Source: a virus. From it: DNA of 64,000 bases. Each line of letters opens with the position of its first letter. Position 1 is the stretch's first letter. Under the pieces are notes generated by a model. The model was not told where the DNA came from and ran no database searches. It was given only the letters and a program-made list of their open reading frames with translations. This document shows, piece after piece, positions 1-8,699 of the stretch. Location of the stretch: IMG/VR virus record IMGVR_UViG_3300035698_027665, positions 1-64,000 of that record. One strand, written 5' to 3'. A program made the translations under genes and the position numbers.

Positions 1-142
1 AAGTGGAACTTGGTCTATAGGAGCATATGCAGTAGTCCTTTATCCTGAAATCAATTTAGTTGGTAATGGTGAAAACATATCAAATGGTGATACTACACCT
101 TCCGAAGCGGATTATACCGATTTTGGAAGTGTAAATGTTTGA
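1..142 (+). CDS. 3' end of a partial CDS, possibly a surface or virion protein ending in a choice-of-anchor-D-like motif
   Basis: Frame 2 is open from the window start to TGA 140-142 and reads ...[32 protein letters not shown]. Confidence 0.4.
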   Translation, partial: SGTWSIGAYAVVLYPEINLVGNGENISNGDTTPSEADYTDFGSVNV

Positions 143-171
143 TGAAATGTTTTTTAATGCTATAATAAATC

Positions 172-1011
172 ATGAAAACATATTTTAGAATAAGTGATGC
201 TGGTACAAAAACAGAACGTTTACCGGGCGGCACAAAAGAGTTGTGTTTAGTTAATGCTTTACAAATATTTGAAAATGTCACAATTATAGCTGATAATTGC
301 ACACCTAAAACATTTGGATTTATAAATAATTTGCCTTTTGAAAATTACGATATTGTTAAAACATCGTTGGGTAATTCTGGATCGTTTATGAAAGCGTTAG
401 ATTTATCACTAGATCAAGAAGAAGAATTGATTTATTTTGTCGAAGACGATTATTTTCATCGTGATCATTCTTCAGATGTTATTCATGAGGCTTTGTCTTT
501 ACCTTTAAAACCAAGCTATGTCACTTTGTACGACCATCCAGACAAATATACTCCTATGTATTCTTGGGGTGAAATCAGTGGTGTAGTTCGTACTAAATCA
601 ACTCATTGGAGATATAGTGTTAGTACAACCATGACTTTTGCTAGCACAAAACAACATCTAATAGAAGATTACGATTTATGGAAAGAACACACAAAATCTT
701 CTATGCCGAATGACCATCTTGCATTTATGGATTTACAATCAAAAGACAAGTTTTTAGCAGTGTCTATACCGGGAAGAAGTTGCAATTTGGATATTGCCAT
801 GTTAAGCAATCAAACGTTTATAGATGGGACAAAAGGGCTAGATATGGTTGAATGGTGGGTTGTTGATTTTATGGAACAACTGTTAAGAAGCATATTGATT
901 CCTGAATATGGGGAAGAAAAATTAAATAAAATGCTAGAGCCACATGATAGATTAAACCAAATGAGAATTATGTCTACATTGTGTGGAGACAGATTAATCC
1001 CTACATTTTAA
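172..1011 (+). CDS. glycosyltransferase-like protein (GT-A fold)
   Basis: IYFVEDDY DxD-type motif; IIADNC; upstream TATAAT. Confidence 0.55.
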   Translation: MKTYFRISDAGTKTERLPGGTKELCLVNALQIFENVTIIADNCTPKTFGFINNLPFENYDIVKTSLGNSGSFMKALDLSLDQEEELIYFVEDDYFHRDHSSDVIHEALSLPLKPSYVTLYDHPDKYTPMYSWGEISGVVRTKSTHWRYSVSTTMTFASTKQHLIEDYDLWKEHTKSSMPNDHLAFMDLQSKDKFLAVSIPGRSCNLDIAMLSNQTFIDGTKGLDMVEWWVVDFMEQLLRSILIPEYGEEKLNKMLEPHDRLNQMRIMSTLCGDRLIPTF

Positions 1012-1780
1012 TCCATTTTTCTATTAATTCATTTTTGAAAACTGTTCTTTCCCACTGATGAATCATGGTGTAAGGCAAAGGGTTGCTGTATCCTTTAAAT
1101 AAAACCTGTCCTTGAAAAAAATCAACATCAATCCAATTTTTAGATATTCCTTCACCTGTAGCACAGTAAGGGAGCTTTTGCGGCAATACACAAGTGAATT
1201 TTAGAGGGGTGGCGTTTGCTATGTAATTTAATGCGGCTTGATCAGAACTATTTGTAGACGATATAGCACACAACCAAATAGTATTTAATATAGAGGCTAC
1301 TGATTTGGGATCGCCATAAATAACTCCCGCATTTATTATAGGCCAATTCATAAATTGTCTTGAAAATCTACTTATGTTCATTTGGAACTTTGTTTGATCT
1401 AAACAATTAAATGTGCTTTGCCAATGATTCCCACCTTCGGCACATAAAGCCAAATCCCCAAAATCTAAAGAGAAAGGATTGATTTGAAACAGCACGTCTT
1501 TTATGTCTACAACTAAAACTTTTTCATATTTTTCCCAAATATCCATATGTTCCAAATATCCATAGAATCTATCACGCACTACTGTTTCTATGTTTTCTGG
1601 ATTTACGTTTATTATATTACAATTGTATTTTTCAAATTTTTCTTTTTGATGCATATCATGGGAAAAAACTAATATATCTCCTTCAAAATTATGTCTTAAT
1701 GATTTTAAAAATATGTCAACACCAATATTGTTGATGAAATTTTTCCCACTAGCCCATGTTATTATTGCGTTTTTGCTCAT
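1001..1780 (-). CDS. glycosyltransferase-like protein
   Basis: VVDIKDVLFQINPF, INAGVIYG, SDQAALNY and HQW motifs typical of GT-A-like phage proteins. Confidence 0.55.
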   Translation of the reverse strand: MSKNAIITWASGKNFINNIGVDIFLKSLRHNFEGDILVFSHDMHQKEKFEKYNCNIINVNPENIETVVRDRFYGYLEHMDIWEKYEKVLVVDIKDVLFQINPFSLDFGDLALCAEGGNHWQSTFNCLDQTKFQMNISRFSRQFMNWPIINAGVIYGDPKSVASILNTIWLCAISSTNSSDQAALNYIANATPLKFTCVLPQKLPYCATGEGISKNWIDVDFFQGQVLFKGYSNPLPYTMIHQWERTVFKNELIEKWIKM

Positions 1781-1919
1781 TAAAAATTTCGACCTCTTTT
1801 TTGTTCAATATGGTTGTATCAACTTTCACACTTCCAGAGTACTTTGGAAGGTAGGGACACATCTTGCATTTCAACGTGCAGCATTTTTTTTGTTTTAATA
1901 AAAACTCTCTTGATAGCAT
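1749..1919 (-). CDS. small Cys-rich protein (DUF5522-like), not in the ORF track
   Basis: MLSREFLLKQKKCCTLKCKMCPY...; ATG overlaps the stop of the upstream methylase gene (TGATG). Confidence 0.55.
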   Translation of the reverse strand: MLSREFLLKQKKCCTLKCKMCPYLPKYSGSVKVDTTILNKKEVEIFNEQKRNNNMG

Positions 1920-2659
1920 CAATCACCGATTAATCTTTTTTGCCCCAACTTAAAATAATTTTCTTCTTTTTCTATGCAAATCCAATTTCTATTAGTGTTT
2001 TTGGCTGCTATTGCTGTAGTACAAGAGCCAGCACAATTATCTAAAACAATCATACCTTCATTGGTATATGTTTTAATTAAGTATTCAAATAATTTAACTG
2101 GTTTTTGTGTTGGATGAAATTTTTCATCTGAATCATTATTCACTACAGGTATTTCAATTATAGAAGTAGGAAAACGATCTGTTTGTCCACCACCTACTAT
2201 ACCTTGTTTTGTCAACCCGTAATTAGTGCCGTCACTTGTGTTTTTAGTGAAAGAATTGACAGGTTTATGCCCTGTTGTTTTTTGAGGATTATATATTGGC
2301 AATTTTTGATAAAAAACCAATATAAGTTCGTGCTTTCTTAAAGGCATTTTCTTAGCATTCAAGAATCCAGTAGATTTGTTTTTTGACCAAATAAGTTCAT
2401 ATCTGAACATTTTAGGATTGCTAGTTATTAGTTGACTGGCAAAAGGCTGTATTGCGGTTAGCACAATAGCAGCCTTTTTTTTTGCTATTCTTTTATATTC
2501 TTTCCACAATTTATCAAAAGGAATTATGACATCCCATTTGTTTTTTGCTGTTACTCCATATGGAAGATCGCACAAAATCATGTCTATTGATTCGTTTGGA
2601 ATATTTTTCATTATTTCCAAGCAATCGCCTAATATAAATTTATTATTCCCAATCATCAT
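1919..2659 (-). CDS. DNA N6-adenine/N4-cytosine methyltransferase (beta class)
   Basis: CDLPYG catalytic motif, HPTQKPV, and a C-terminal DNCAGSCTT SAM-binding motif. Confidence 0.9.
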   Translation of the reverse strand: MMIGNNKFILGDCLEIMKNIPNESIDMILCDLPYGVTAKNKWDVIIPFDKLWKEYKRIAKKKAAIVLTAIQPFASQLITSNPKMFRYELIWSKNKSTGFLNAKKMPLRKHELILVFYQKLPIYNPQKTTGHKPVNSFTKNTSDGTNYGLTKQGIVGGGQTDRFPTSIIEIPVVNNDSDEKFHPTQKPVKLFEYLIKTYTNEGMIVLDNCAGSCTTAIAAKNTNRNWICIEKEENYFKLGQKRLIGD

Positions 2660-3334
2660 AATAAGAACTAGAAGGCTTGTCTATGTTTTTCAATGCAGCA
2701 TTAGATGCTTTTTGTATTGCCATTTTTGTTAAATTAGGTTCAGCATTACGTACTAAACGACCTTGACTCAACGCATTAAGGGTTACTTCATGCGTTTTAT
2801 TATTAGAGTAAACATGAATGAAAACTTCGCTTGTTTTATTTACTTTATCTTGATAAGCATCATATATCCCATTAACTATAACTTTTATATCTTGTGGAGT
2901 TATGTTCCAAGTTTCGACGTTTAGCCCTTCTAGTCTTTTCCATCCCCAATTCTTAATGGCAAAAGCACGAGCATCGCCTTGCCCTTCTGCCATTTTATAT
3001 TCTTCTAAAGTCATCCCTTCGTCTTTCAAGGCTTCCCAAGCAAAGTCTTCTGGACTGTCTTCCCACTTGTCCATAATCATCTGTTTGGCAGATTGAGTTC
3101 TGGCAGCTTGTAATTCTTCTTCGTATTTTTCTTTTGCTATATATTCTTTGTAAGCAGGCCAATCTATGTATTCACCATGATCAAACTCATCATCAGCGTA
3201 TTTTGATTGAACATTTTGAATGGCTAAGATTCGTGGTTTTGATCACAAATATCGCCATCACAATATTGGGCTTCACCATATTCATTAATCCAATACTCAC
3301 CAGTTACAGATTCCAACCATAATCTAAAATTCAT
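2643..3334 (-). pseudogene. hypothetical protein split by a -1 frameshift at about 3226 (or an assembly indel)
   Basis: MNFRLWLES...NHES stops at TAG 3224-3226; the -1 frame is open from 3227 and continues in frame into ORF 2643..3080. Confidence 0.55.
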
Positions 3335-3373
3335 AAGTCTCATGATTTTATATATGGTTTTTGTTTTTTTTAA

Positions 3374-3457
3374 TAGCCCTGACAGGAGTCGAACCTGCAC
3401 GACCTTTCGGTCAATGGATTTTGAATCCATTGCGTCTGCCAATTCCGCCACAGGGCC
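3374..3457 (-). tRNA. trnL: tRNA-Leu(CAA)
   Basis: GGCCCTG/CAGGGCT acceptor, ATGGA-TT-CAA-AA-TCCAT anticodon arm, long variable arm, GTTCGA T-loop; no encoded CCA. Confidence 0.95.
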
Positions 3458-3460
3458 ATA

Positions 3461-3991
3461 TTACATTTTCCATTTAGCTACAGGTATTCCCATTTCTACT
3501 TCTTCCCAACAATCCCCTAAATATTCGTGTTTTACAATTCCATCTTTCCCAATTTGCCATTTAATATAACAAACACCTAAATCATTTTTATTTATTTTTA
3601 GATTTTCAAATTCTTCTTTTGATATTGTTTTAATTGATCTTAATTCTGGAAAAACATTGTAATTTTCTATCATTGTTTTTAAATTTTCACAATATTCGCT
3701 AATGAAATTTTTGTCATAGTCATTTGAAAAAAACATATCTTTTTCTTTTAACGCCAAATAGCTTTTCATTGATTGAAATATTTCTAAATAATTAATGACT
3801 TCTTGTGCTGCACGTAGTTCTGTTTCAACATCCGCAGAAAAAAGATTGTATGACAATTTATCATTAACTTTGTAAAAATGTACAGGAGCAGGAAATCTAT
3901 TCACCCAAATTTTACTATGAAAAGAGCATAATTGATGCATGTTATATTTGGTTGCGATGTTTTTAAGTTGTTTATAAAAAATGATTGGCAT
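3461..3991 (-). CDS. hypothetical protein
   Basis: 176 aa ORF overlapping the upstream gene and ending just before the tRNA. Confidence 0.55.
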   Translation of the reverse strand: MPIIFYKQLKNIATKYNMHQLCSFHSKIWVNRFPAPVHFYKVNDKLSYNLFSADVETELRAAQEVINYLEIFQSMKSYLALKEKDMFFSNDYDKNFISEYCENLKTMIENYNVFPELRSIKTISKEEFENLKINKNDLGVCYIKWQIGKDGIVKHEYLGDCWEEVEMGIPVAKWKM

Positions 3992-4568
3992 CCTTTTGTT
4001 TTATAAAATTGTAAAAATAAGGTTGGTTTTCAAAAAGATTGTAACAGTGAGAAAAGTATAATTTTCTTCTTTCACTCATTTTGACTATAAAAGTTTTATT
4101 TTTTTCATCTATTTTTGAGAAATCGTTATGGAAAGGAGGAGAATGCCAATGTTCGACAAGATACATGAATTCTTTAAAATTCTTTTGTGCATCTTGATCA
4201 ATACGAACTGTAAGAGCATAGTATCTTTCTTCATCAGACCCAAAAATATTATTTTTTCTGCATGTTTTACATGGACCAAAAGAGGAACAACGTATATGTG
4301 GGTCATGTTTTCTTTTAACATGATTAGAATATTTTGTACTATCTTTTTTTACTTTGTTTGATTTTTCACGATATTGTTTTTTTCTATAATTTTTCCAAGA
4401 TTTTGGATTCCATTCTGATCTGTCATTATCGTCCCAATCGTCCACTAGATAGCTTGGCGACCTTCTTGCTCTGTGTAACCTTTTGTTCCATCCAACTTCT
4501 TTAGCATCTTCTAAAGAGGCATAGTACGAACGTTTTTCTTGAGTCGTTTTTGGTAATCTAAAATACAT
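3972..4568 (-). CDS. basic hypothetical protein with a DDWDD...KSWK..RKKQY motif
   Basis: 198 aa ORF; SD GAAAGG lies inside an upstream hairpin. Confidence 0.6.
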   Translation of the reverse strand: MYFRLPKTTQEKRSYYASLEDAKEVGWNKRLHRARRSPSYLVDDWDDNDRSEWNPKSWKNYRKKQYREKSNKVKKDSTKYSNHVKRKHDPHIRCSSFGPCKTCRKNNIFGSDEERYYALTVRIDQDAQKNFKEFMYLVEHWHSPPFHNDFSKIDEKNKTFIVKMSERRKLYFSHCYNLFENQPYFYNFIKQKDANHFL

Positions 4569-4641
4569 TTGTAGCCTTTCGTAGTTAAAATAAAACTAAC
4601 GAAGGGCCAAATGTTTTCCTATTTTTTTATTTATAAACATT

Positions 4642-4944
4642 TTAACCTATTGCCTTTAGAAATTCATTGAATCTTTTTAATTTTATGGAACCTGTTACTG
4701 TTATCGTATAGGTTTTATCTCCCACTTCTCCCGAATCATGTAAGTGTGTTTCTAAATCTTGATTATATGTCATTTTTTCTAAAAATCTATATAATTGTCT
4801 TTTCCCATAGTAATTCGTTTTTTTAGAATAATGTTTGAATATTTGATATCTTGTCGGTGTTTCCGTTGGCTGTAAGGAACTTATAATTTTTAATATAGCT
4901 ATTTCTCTCATATCAAATTTTATTTTTTTTGGAGTAAAAAGCAT
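4642..4944 (-). CDS. small protein, possibly winged-helix DNA-binding
   Basis: AAGGA SD; C-terminal KTYTITVTG wing-like pattern. Confidence 0.45.
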   Translation of the reverse strand: MLFTPKKIKFDMREIAILKIISSLQPTETPTRYQIFKHYSKKTNYYGKRQLYRFLEKMTYNQDLETHLHDSGEVGDKTYTITVTGSIKLKRFNEFLKAIG

Positions 4945-4967
4945 AAATATTTCCTTTTTTAAAAAAG

Positions 4968-5053
4968 CGGAGAGTACAGGGATCGAACCTGTAAGGCTTT
5001 CGCTCGCTCGACTTCCAATCGAGTGCCGTCGCCATCCATCGGCTAGACTCTCC
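4968..5053 (-). tRNA. trnS: tRNA-Ser(GGA)
   Basis: GGAGAGT/ACTCTCC acceptor, G discriminator, CTCGA-TT-GGA-AG-TCGAG anticodon arm, long variable arm. Confidence 0.9.
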
Positions 5054-5158
5054 TAGTGTTCACTATTCATGTTGGGGGTTTGTTAAATCAAAATATCCTA
5101 TATAATGCCCTTCTTTGTAGGCTAAAATAGATTTTTGTTTTGTTTTCTCGATTAAGCA

Positions 5159-5632
5159 CTAGTCACAAATGATTATTTCTATTCCGAAAGTGTGAGTGAA
5201 ATCGTCAATCACGGTAGACCCGTAGTTTCCGCTTGTTCGCCAACAAGTTGCAGAATGAGGAATGTCGAGATATTTAGATTTTGCATTGTCGTCATTATCA
5301 TTGAATTCATTTTTGACAATACAATCACATATCAAACACTTCCTTGTATAAAAATCATCAATAGCCCTGACAGGAGTTGAACCTGCAAGAGTGTTTAGCT
5401 CGCCAGAACCTAAATCTGGTGCGTTTGCCAATTTCGCCACAGGGCTGAATTTATACTTACTAAGACTTTCCAATCTTTTTTTTGTCAATTCTCGATCCAA
5501 ACAAATAGGAACTTGCCTGTCTTCCCCTTTTAGCATATCTATAGTAGAAGGCATTTTTCTAAAAGGATTAAAAATTAAAGGATAAAATATTTTTATTTTT
5601 ATTTTGTTTAAAACGTTTTTAATAATTTTCAT
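5159..5632 (-). CDS. hypothetical Cys-motif protein whose frame runs through tRNA-Leu(TAG)
   Basis: Open frame from ATG 5632 with CLIC and GNYGST motifs; ICD*C at the TAG; the frame stays open to 5063. Confidence 0.4.
   Translation of the reverse strand: MKIIKNVLNKIKIKIFYPLIFNPFRKMPSTIDMLKGEDRQVPICLDRELTKKRLESLSKYKFSPVAKLANAPDLGSGELNTLAGSTPVRAIDDFYTRKCLICDCIVKNEFNDNDDNAKSKYLDIPHSATCWRTSGNYGSTVIDDFTHTFGIEIIICD
5362..5446 (-). tRNA. trnL: tRNA-Leu(TAG)
   Basis: AGCCCTG/CAGGGCT acceptor, CCAGA-TT-TAG-GT-TCTGG anticodon arm, GTTCAA T-loop. Confidence 0.93.
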
Positions 5633-5879
5633 GATTGTTTTCCGTTTTGAAACAGCTTTGACAATGAATGCATTCAACATTTGCAGGCATCAATAATAAT
5701 TTTCCACTATCCTCTGGTACGCTTTCCCAATCATTTAGTCCATATTGTTCTCTAACTATTTCTTCATGTTCTTCTTTTGACATTTCTGGTGCAATTAAGT
5801 TTCCATAATTGTCACGCCCACAGTCATCACAAGTCCAAGCAAAAGCAGGTCTTAAATCATCAATATTTATGGTTTTCAA
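5619..5879 (-). CDS. zinc-ribbon-like hypothetical protein
   Basis: TTG start after AAGGA; two CxxC motifs (CDDC, CIHC); the upstream part of the listed ORF is tRNA. Confidence 0.55.
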   Translation of the reverse strand: MKTINIDDLRPAFAWTCDDCGRDNYGNLIAPEMSKEEHEEIVREQYGLNDWESVPEDSGKLLLMPANVECIHCQSCFKTENNHENY

Positions 5880-5897
5880 AACTATTCCTTTAAAAAG

Positions 5898-5979
5898 TAG
5901 CACTGACAGGATTCGAACCTGCATATCTTTCGACACATCGACCTCAACGATGAGCGTATACCAATTTCGCCACAGTGCC
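5898..5979 (-). tRNA. trnL: tRNA-Leu(GAG)
   Basis: GGCACTG/CAGTGCT acceptor, CATCG-TT-GAG-GT-CGATG anticodon arm, GTTCGAATC T-loop. Confidence 0.95.
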
Positions 5980-6011
5980 ATTGTACTATACAATTGTCTT
6001 TTGTAAAACAG

Positions 6012-6476
6012 TTATTGCTGTTCCGTATTAACATTTTGTTTTTGAATTAACTCACCAACTGCTTTTATGGTTGATAATTCATCTACGTTTATATAAAGAG
6101 ATTTAGAATTAGTTAAAGAAATGACCCTAATTAATTTTAAACAATTATTTTCTAATTTTTCATGAACCATTTCTACCAAACTTTTGTTTGGAAAATAATA
6201 AAAACCATCATCACATTCTTTTATTTTTTCCCAAATTTGCTCATCCGAAAACATTAAGTACAATTCGACCTGACGGTTTTTTTTGGTAGACCACCATCTT
6301 TTTTTATTTTTTTCTGCAACTTTTTTACGATGCTTACGAATTATTTCTTCTTTTTCTTTTTCTCTTTCTGTTTTTATGTTTTTTATACAATTTTCACATA
6401 ACAATTTTAAAGTTGTAATATCAATTCTTAACATCCCCAAAAGAGGGGTGCTTTTATTTGTTCCACATGAAGACAT
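6012..6476 (-). CDS. hypothetical protein
   Basis: 154 aa ORF with AAGGA SD between tRNAs. Confidence 0.55.
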   Translation of the reverse strand: MSSCGTNKSTPLLGMLRIDITTLKLLCENCIKNIKTEREKEKEEIIRKHRKKVAEKNKKRWWSTKKNRQVELYLMFSDEQIWEKIKECDDGFYYFPNKSLVEMVHEKLENNCLKLIRVISLTNSKSLYINVDELSTIKAVGELIQKQNVNTEQQ

Positions 6477-6511
6477 GAATTTATCCTTTATAATTTACAA
6501 TTTACAACAAA

Positions 6512-6600
6512 CGGAGCGAGAGGGATTCGAACCCTCGGACCACAAATTTGCGATCAACAGTTTAGCAAACTGTCGCTTTAAGCCACTCAGCCATCACTCC
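6512..6600 (-). tRNA. trnS: tRNA-Ser(GCT)
   Basis: GGAGTGA/TCGCTCC acceptor, ACAGT-TT-GCT-AA-ACTGT anticodon arm, long variable arm. Confidence 0.95.
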
Positions 6601-6632
6601 TGATTCAATCGGGTATCACAAAACGAATTGTA

Positions 6633-7058
6633 TCATGTTCTCCCGGATTTTTTTTGCGATCCTGTAATAGTTTCTATTCTTTTCACTTGGCATTTTTCAC
6701 AATGGGTATGAAATACAAAACCAGTACCACCTGTTGAAAAAACGCCGGGATTATCATCGCAGCCTCCCTCATTTTCAGATGTCCATTTATGGTTACACAC
6801 ATTTACTTTTGCTTCTAACATAATGGCTTCCTCATCAGGGGCAATATCTATAGTGAAATATTCTTTTTCTTCATTCCCTGTTTCATCAGTTAGAATATAG
6901 GAACATTGTATCGATGCCCCTTCTATACCCCAATATCCCTCTCTACACCAATCTTCAACTTTACTGGATGTCATTCGACGTGCTTCTAAAAAGCCGTTTG
7001 CCTTAAAAGAAGTTTCCTCAACTGAACAATTATCATACATTTTAATATTGTAATTCAT
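6633..7058 (-). CDS. hypothetical protein (C/H-rich C-terminus)
   Basis: 141 aa ORF with AAGGA SD, directly downstream of the RNA ligase gene. Confidence 0.6.
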   Translation of the reverse strand: MNYNIKMYDNCSVEETSFKANGFLEARRMTSSKVEDWCREGYWGIEGASIQCSYILTDETGNEEKEYFTIDIAPDEEAIMLEAKVNVCNHKWTSENEGGCDDNPGVFSTGGTGFVFHTHCEKCQVKRIETITGSQKKSGRT

Positions 7059-7079
7059 AAAATATCCTTTTTTAGATAA

Positions 7080-8387
7080 TTATTTTTCGTCACTTATGTT
7101 TCTTCTTGATAAATAATCTGCACTAATAGATTTTAGTATCATTCTGCCATTAGTAGCTGTTAACATCATGTTTTCATCTATTCTCTCCTTAGCAGTTTTT
7201 ACAACCACGCCTTCTCTGCCTTTGAATCCCTCTAATTGATCAGTTTTAGCAATAGTTGTAAGACCATCAGTATATTCTTTTACTTTTTCTATGGAAAATT
7301 TTCCTTTATAAAGCACAGGAACAATGTCTATAGAAAAATCAGAAGCTAGTTTTTGTACTATATCAAAGTCTAAATATTTATTGTTTACAGCCACGTCAAA
7401 GAGTCTAAATTTCTTTTCCTTTTTTAATCCATAATTCATACCTTTTTGAATGCCTGCTCCATATAATTCTCCATAAGCAATAACGCTTTTAGCATTTTCA
7501 TGTTGAGATTTCACGAAAAGCAAAAGAGGTTCTACTTCATCAGCGTTTATCCAAAATTCAGACAGCTTTAAAACAGGCTCATTATTTGAATCAACCTGCA
7601 TACAACTTAAATACACTTCATTTTCTCTGTCGCTTTTTTCTTTTACTTGCCAATAAACATTCCCAAATTTAAATACATCATTTTCTAAGGGTTCTTTTTC
7701 TATAACACCTTTTTTTATTAGTTTATTTGATTCAAATCTTTTTATGTTGTCGTATTCTTTTTTTCTTTGACTGTCATGTGATCCGACGACAAATACATCA
7801 TTTCCAAATTCATCTACTATTATTCCTATACGATTGGTTTTACCATGTATTTTTTCAGTAATTACTACTTCTTCATCTTTTTTGAATGCATTTGGATAAT
7901 TATTAAATTGTTCTATTTCAGTGTAATGATAAAAACTAGGATCAGAGCAAATAACATCTAATTCTTGTATGTTTGATGGTTCCCACTTTTCAACATTAAA
8001 ATGACTTTTAACATCTGTACCTACTTCCCAATTTGGATCATCACCTTGGGTTTCGTCTATTGGCATTATAACCCCAAATGATTTTTCGCCACGCAATATT
8101 GCAGCACGAACAATTCCACCTTCTTTTGAATTCCCTTTTTCATCTTTAGGAATAGGCTTCAAATATTTCATGATTCCCAATCTAGATTCAGCTAGATTTT
8201 TTGGCAAGATGGAGTCTGGAGGAAAGTAAACGCATTTATCTCCAGACTTAAATTGTGCTTGTTGAGTTTCTGGATTAAATCCTATACATATTTCCCACCC
8301 TTTTACAGTGGCAATAGCCATTTTGTCGGCTCTAGGATGTGGTTTCACATCTTTGATTTCGCAAACTTCAACAATCAAACTACTCAT
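7080..8387 (-). CDS. ATP-dependent RNA ligase (Rnl2-related, DRB0094-type, with N-terminal OB/tRNA-binding-like domain)
   Basis: Nucleotidyltransferase motifs I TEKIHG, III YGELYG, IIIa FRLFDV, IV REGVVVK and V LKSIS; N-terminal HPRADKMAIA OB-like segment. Confidence 0.88.
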   Translation of the reverse strand: MSSLIVEVCEIKDVKPHPRADKMAIATVKGWEICIGFNPETQQAQFKSGDKCVYFPPDSILPKNLAESRLGIMKYLKPIPKDEKGNSKEGGIVRAAILRGEKSFGVIMPIDETQGDDPNWEVGTDVKSHFNVEKWEPSNIQELDVICSDPSFYHYTEIEQFNNYPNAFKKDEEVVITEKIHGKTNRIGIIVDEFGNDVFVVGSHDSQRKKEYDNIKRFESNKLIKKGVIEKEPLENDVFKFGNVYWQVKEKSDRENEVYLSCMQVDSNNEPVLKLSEFWINADEVEPLLLFVKSQHENAKSVIAYGELYGAGIQKGMNYGLKKEKKFRLFDVAVNNKYLDFDIVQKLASDFSIDIVPVLYKGKFSIEKVKEYTDGLTTIAKTDQLEGFKGREGVVVKTAKERIDENMMLTATNGRMILKSISADYLSRRNISDEK

Positions 8388-8418
8388 TTGTTTTTCCTTA
8401 TTAAAATTTTTAAGCCAA

Positions 8419-8500
8419 TGCGTCTGTACGGAATCGAACCGTCTAGTCTAAAGACATCGGAGTTACAGTCCGATTTTGATCACCACCCAACAGCAGACGC
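8419..8500 (-). tRNA. trnY: tRNA-Tyr(GTA)
   Basis: GCGTCTG/CAGACGC acceptor, TCGGA-CT-GTA-AC-TCCGA anticodon arm, long variable arm; atypical D arm. Confidence 0.88.
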
Positions 8501-8506
8501 AAAAAG

Positions 8507-8589
8507 TAGCCCTGACAGGATTCGAACCTGCAAGCCTGCAAGGACAACGCATTTTAAGTGCGTAGCGTTTTCCATTTCGCCACAGGGCC
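8507..8589 (-). tRNA. trnL: tRNA-Leu(TAA)
   Basis: GGCCCTG/CAGGGCT acceptor, ACGCA-CT-TAA-AA-TGCGT anticodon arm. Confidence 0.95.
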
Positions 8590-8598
8590 AATTTAAAG

Positions 8599-8685
8599 CG
8601 GAGAGCAGAGGTAACGATCCCCAAACCGATTAAAGTTCCAGCCGTTTTCAAAACGGCGCTGTCACGCCTGTACAGTTTACTCTCC
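8599..8685 (-). tRNA. trnS: tRNA-Ser(TGA)
   Basis: GGAGAGT/GCTCTCC acceptor, GCCGT-TT-TGA-AA-ACGGC anticodon arm; atypical T-loop ATCGTTA. Confidence 0.85.
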
Positions 8686-8699
8686 ATTATTACATCGAA

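Noticed and set aside
3342-6603. ORFs 3342..3569, 5391..5585, 5809..6006 and 6283..6603, and the 5' extensions of 3224..3451 and 5619..5993
   Set aside because: They are antisense to, or run through, tRNA genes; better starts exist downstream of the tRNAs.
8599-8685. Selenocysteine or opal-suppressor tRNA
   Set aside because: The anticodon is TGA, which reads TCA Ser codons, not TCA. The 7-bp acceptor stem and G discriminator fit tRNA-Ser.
8253-8687. ORFs 8253..8633(+) and 8463..8687(-)
   Set aside because: They overlap three tRNA genes (and the ligase start) and are spurious frames in GC-richer RNA genes.
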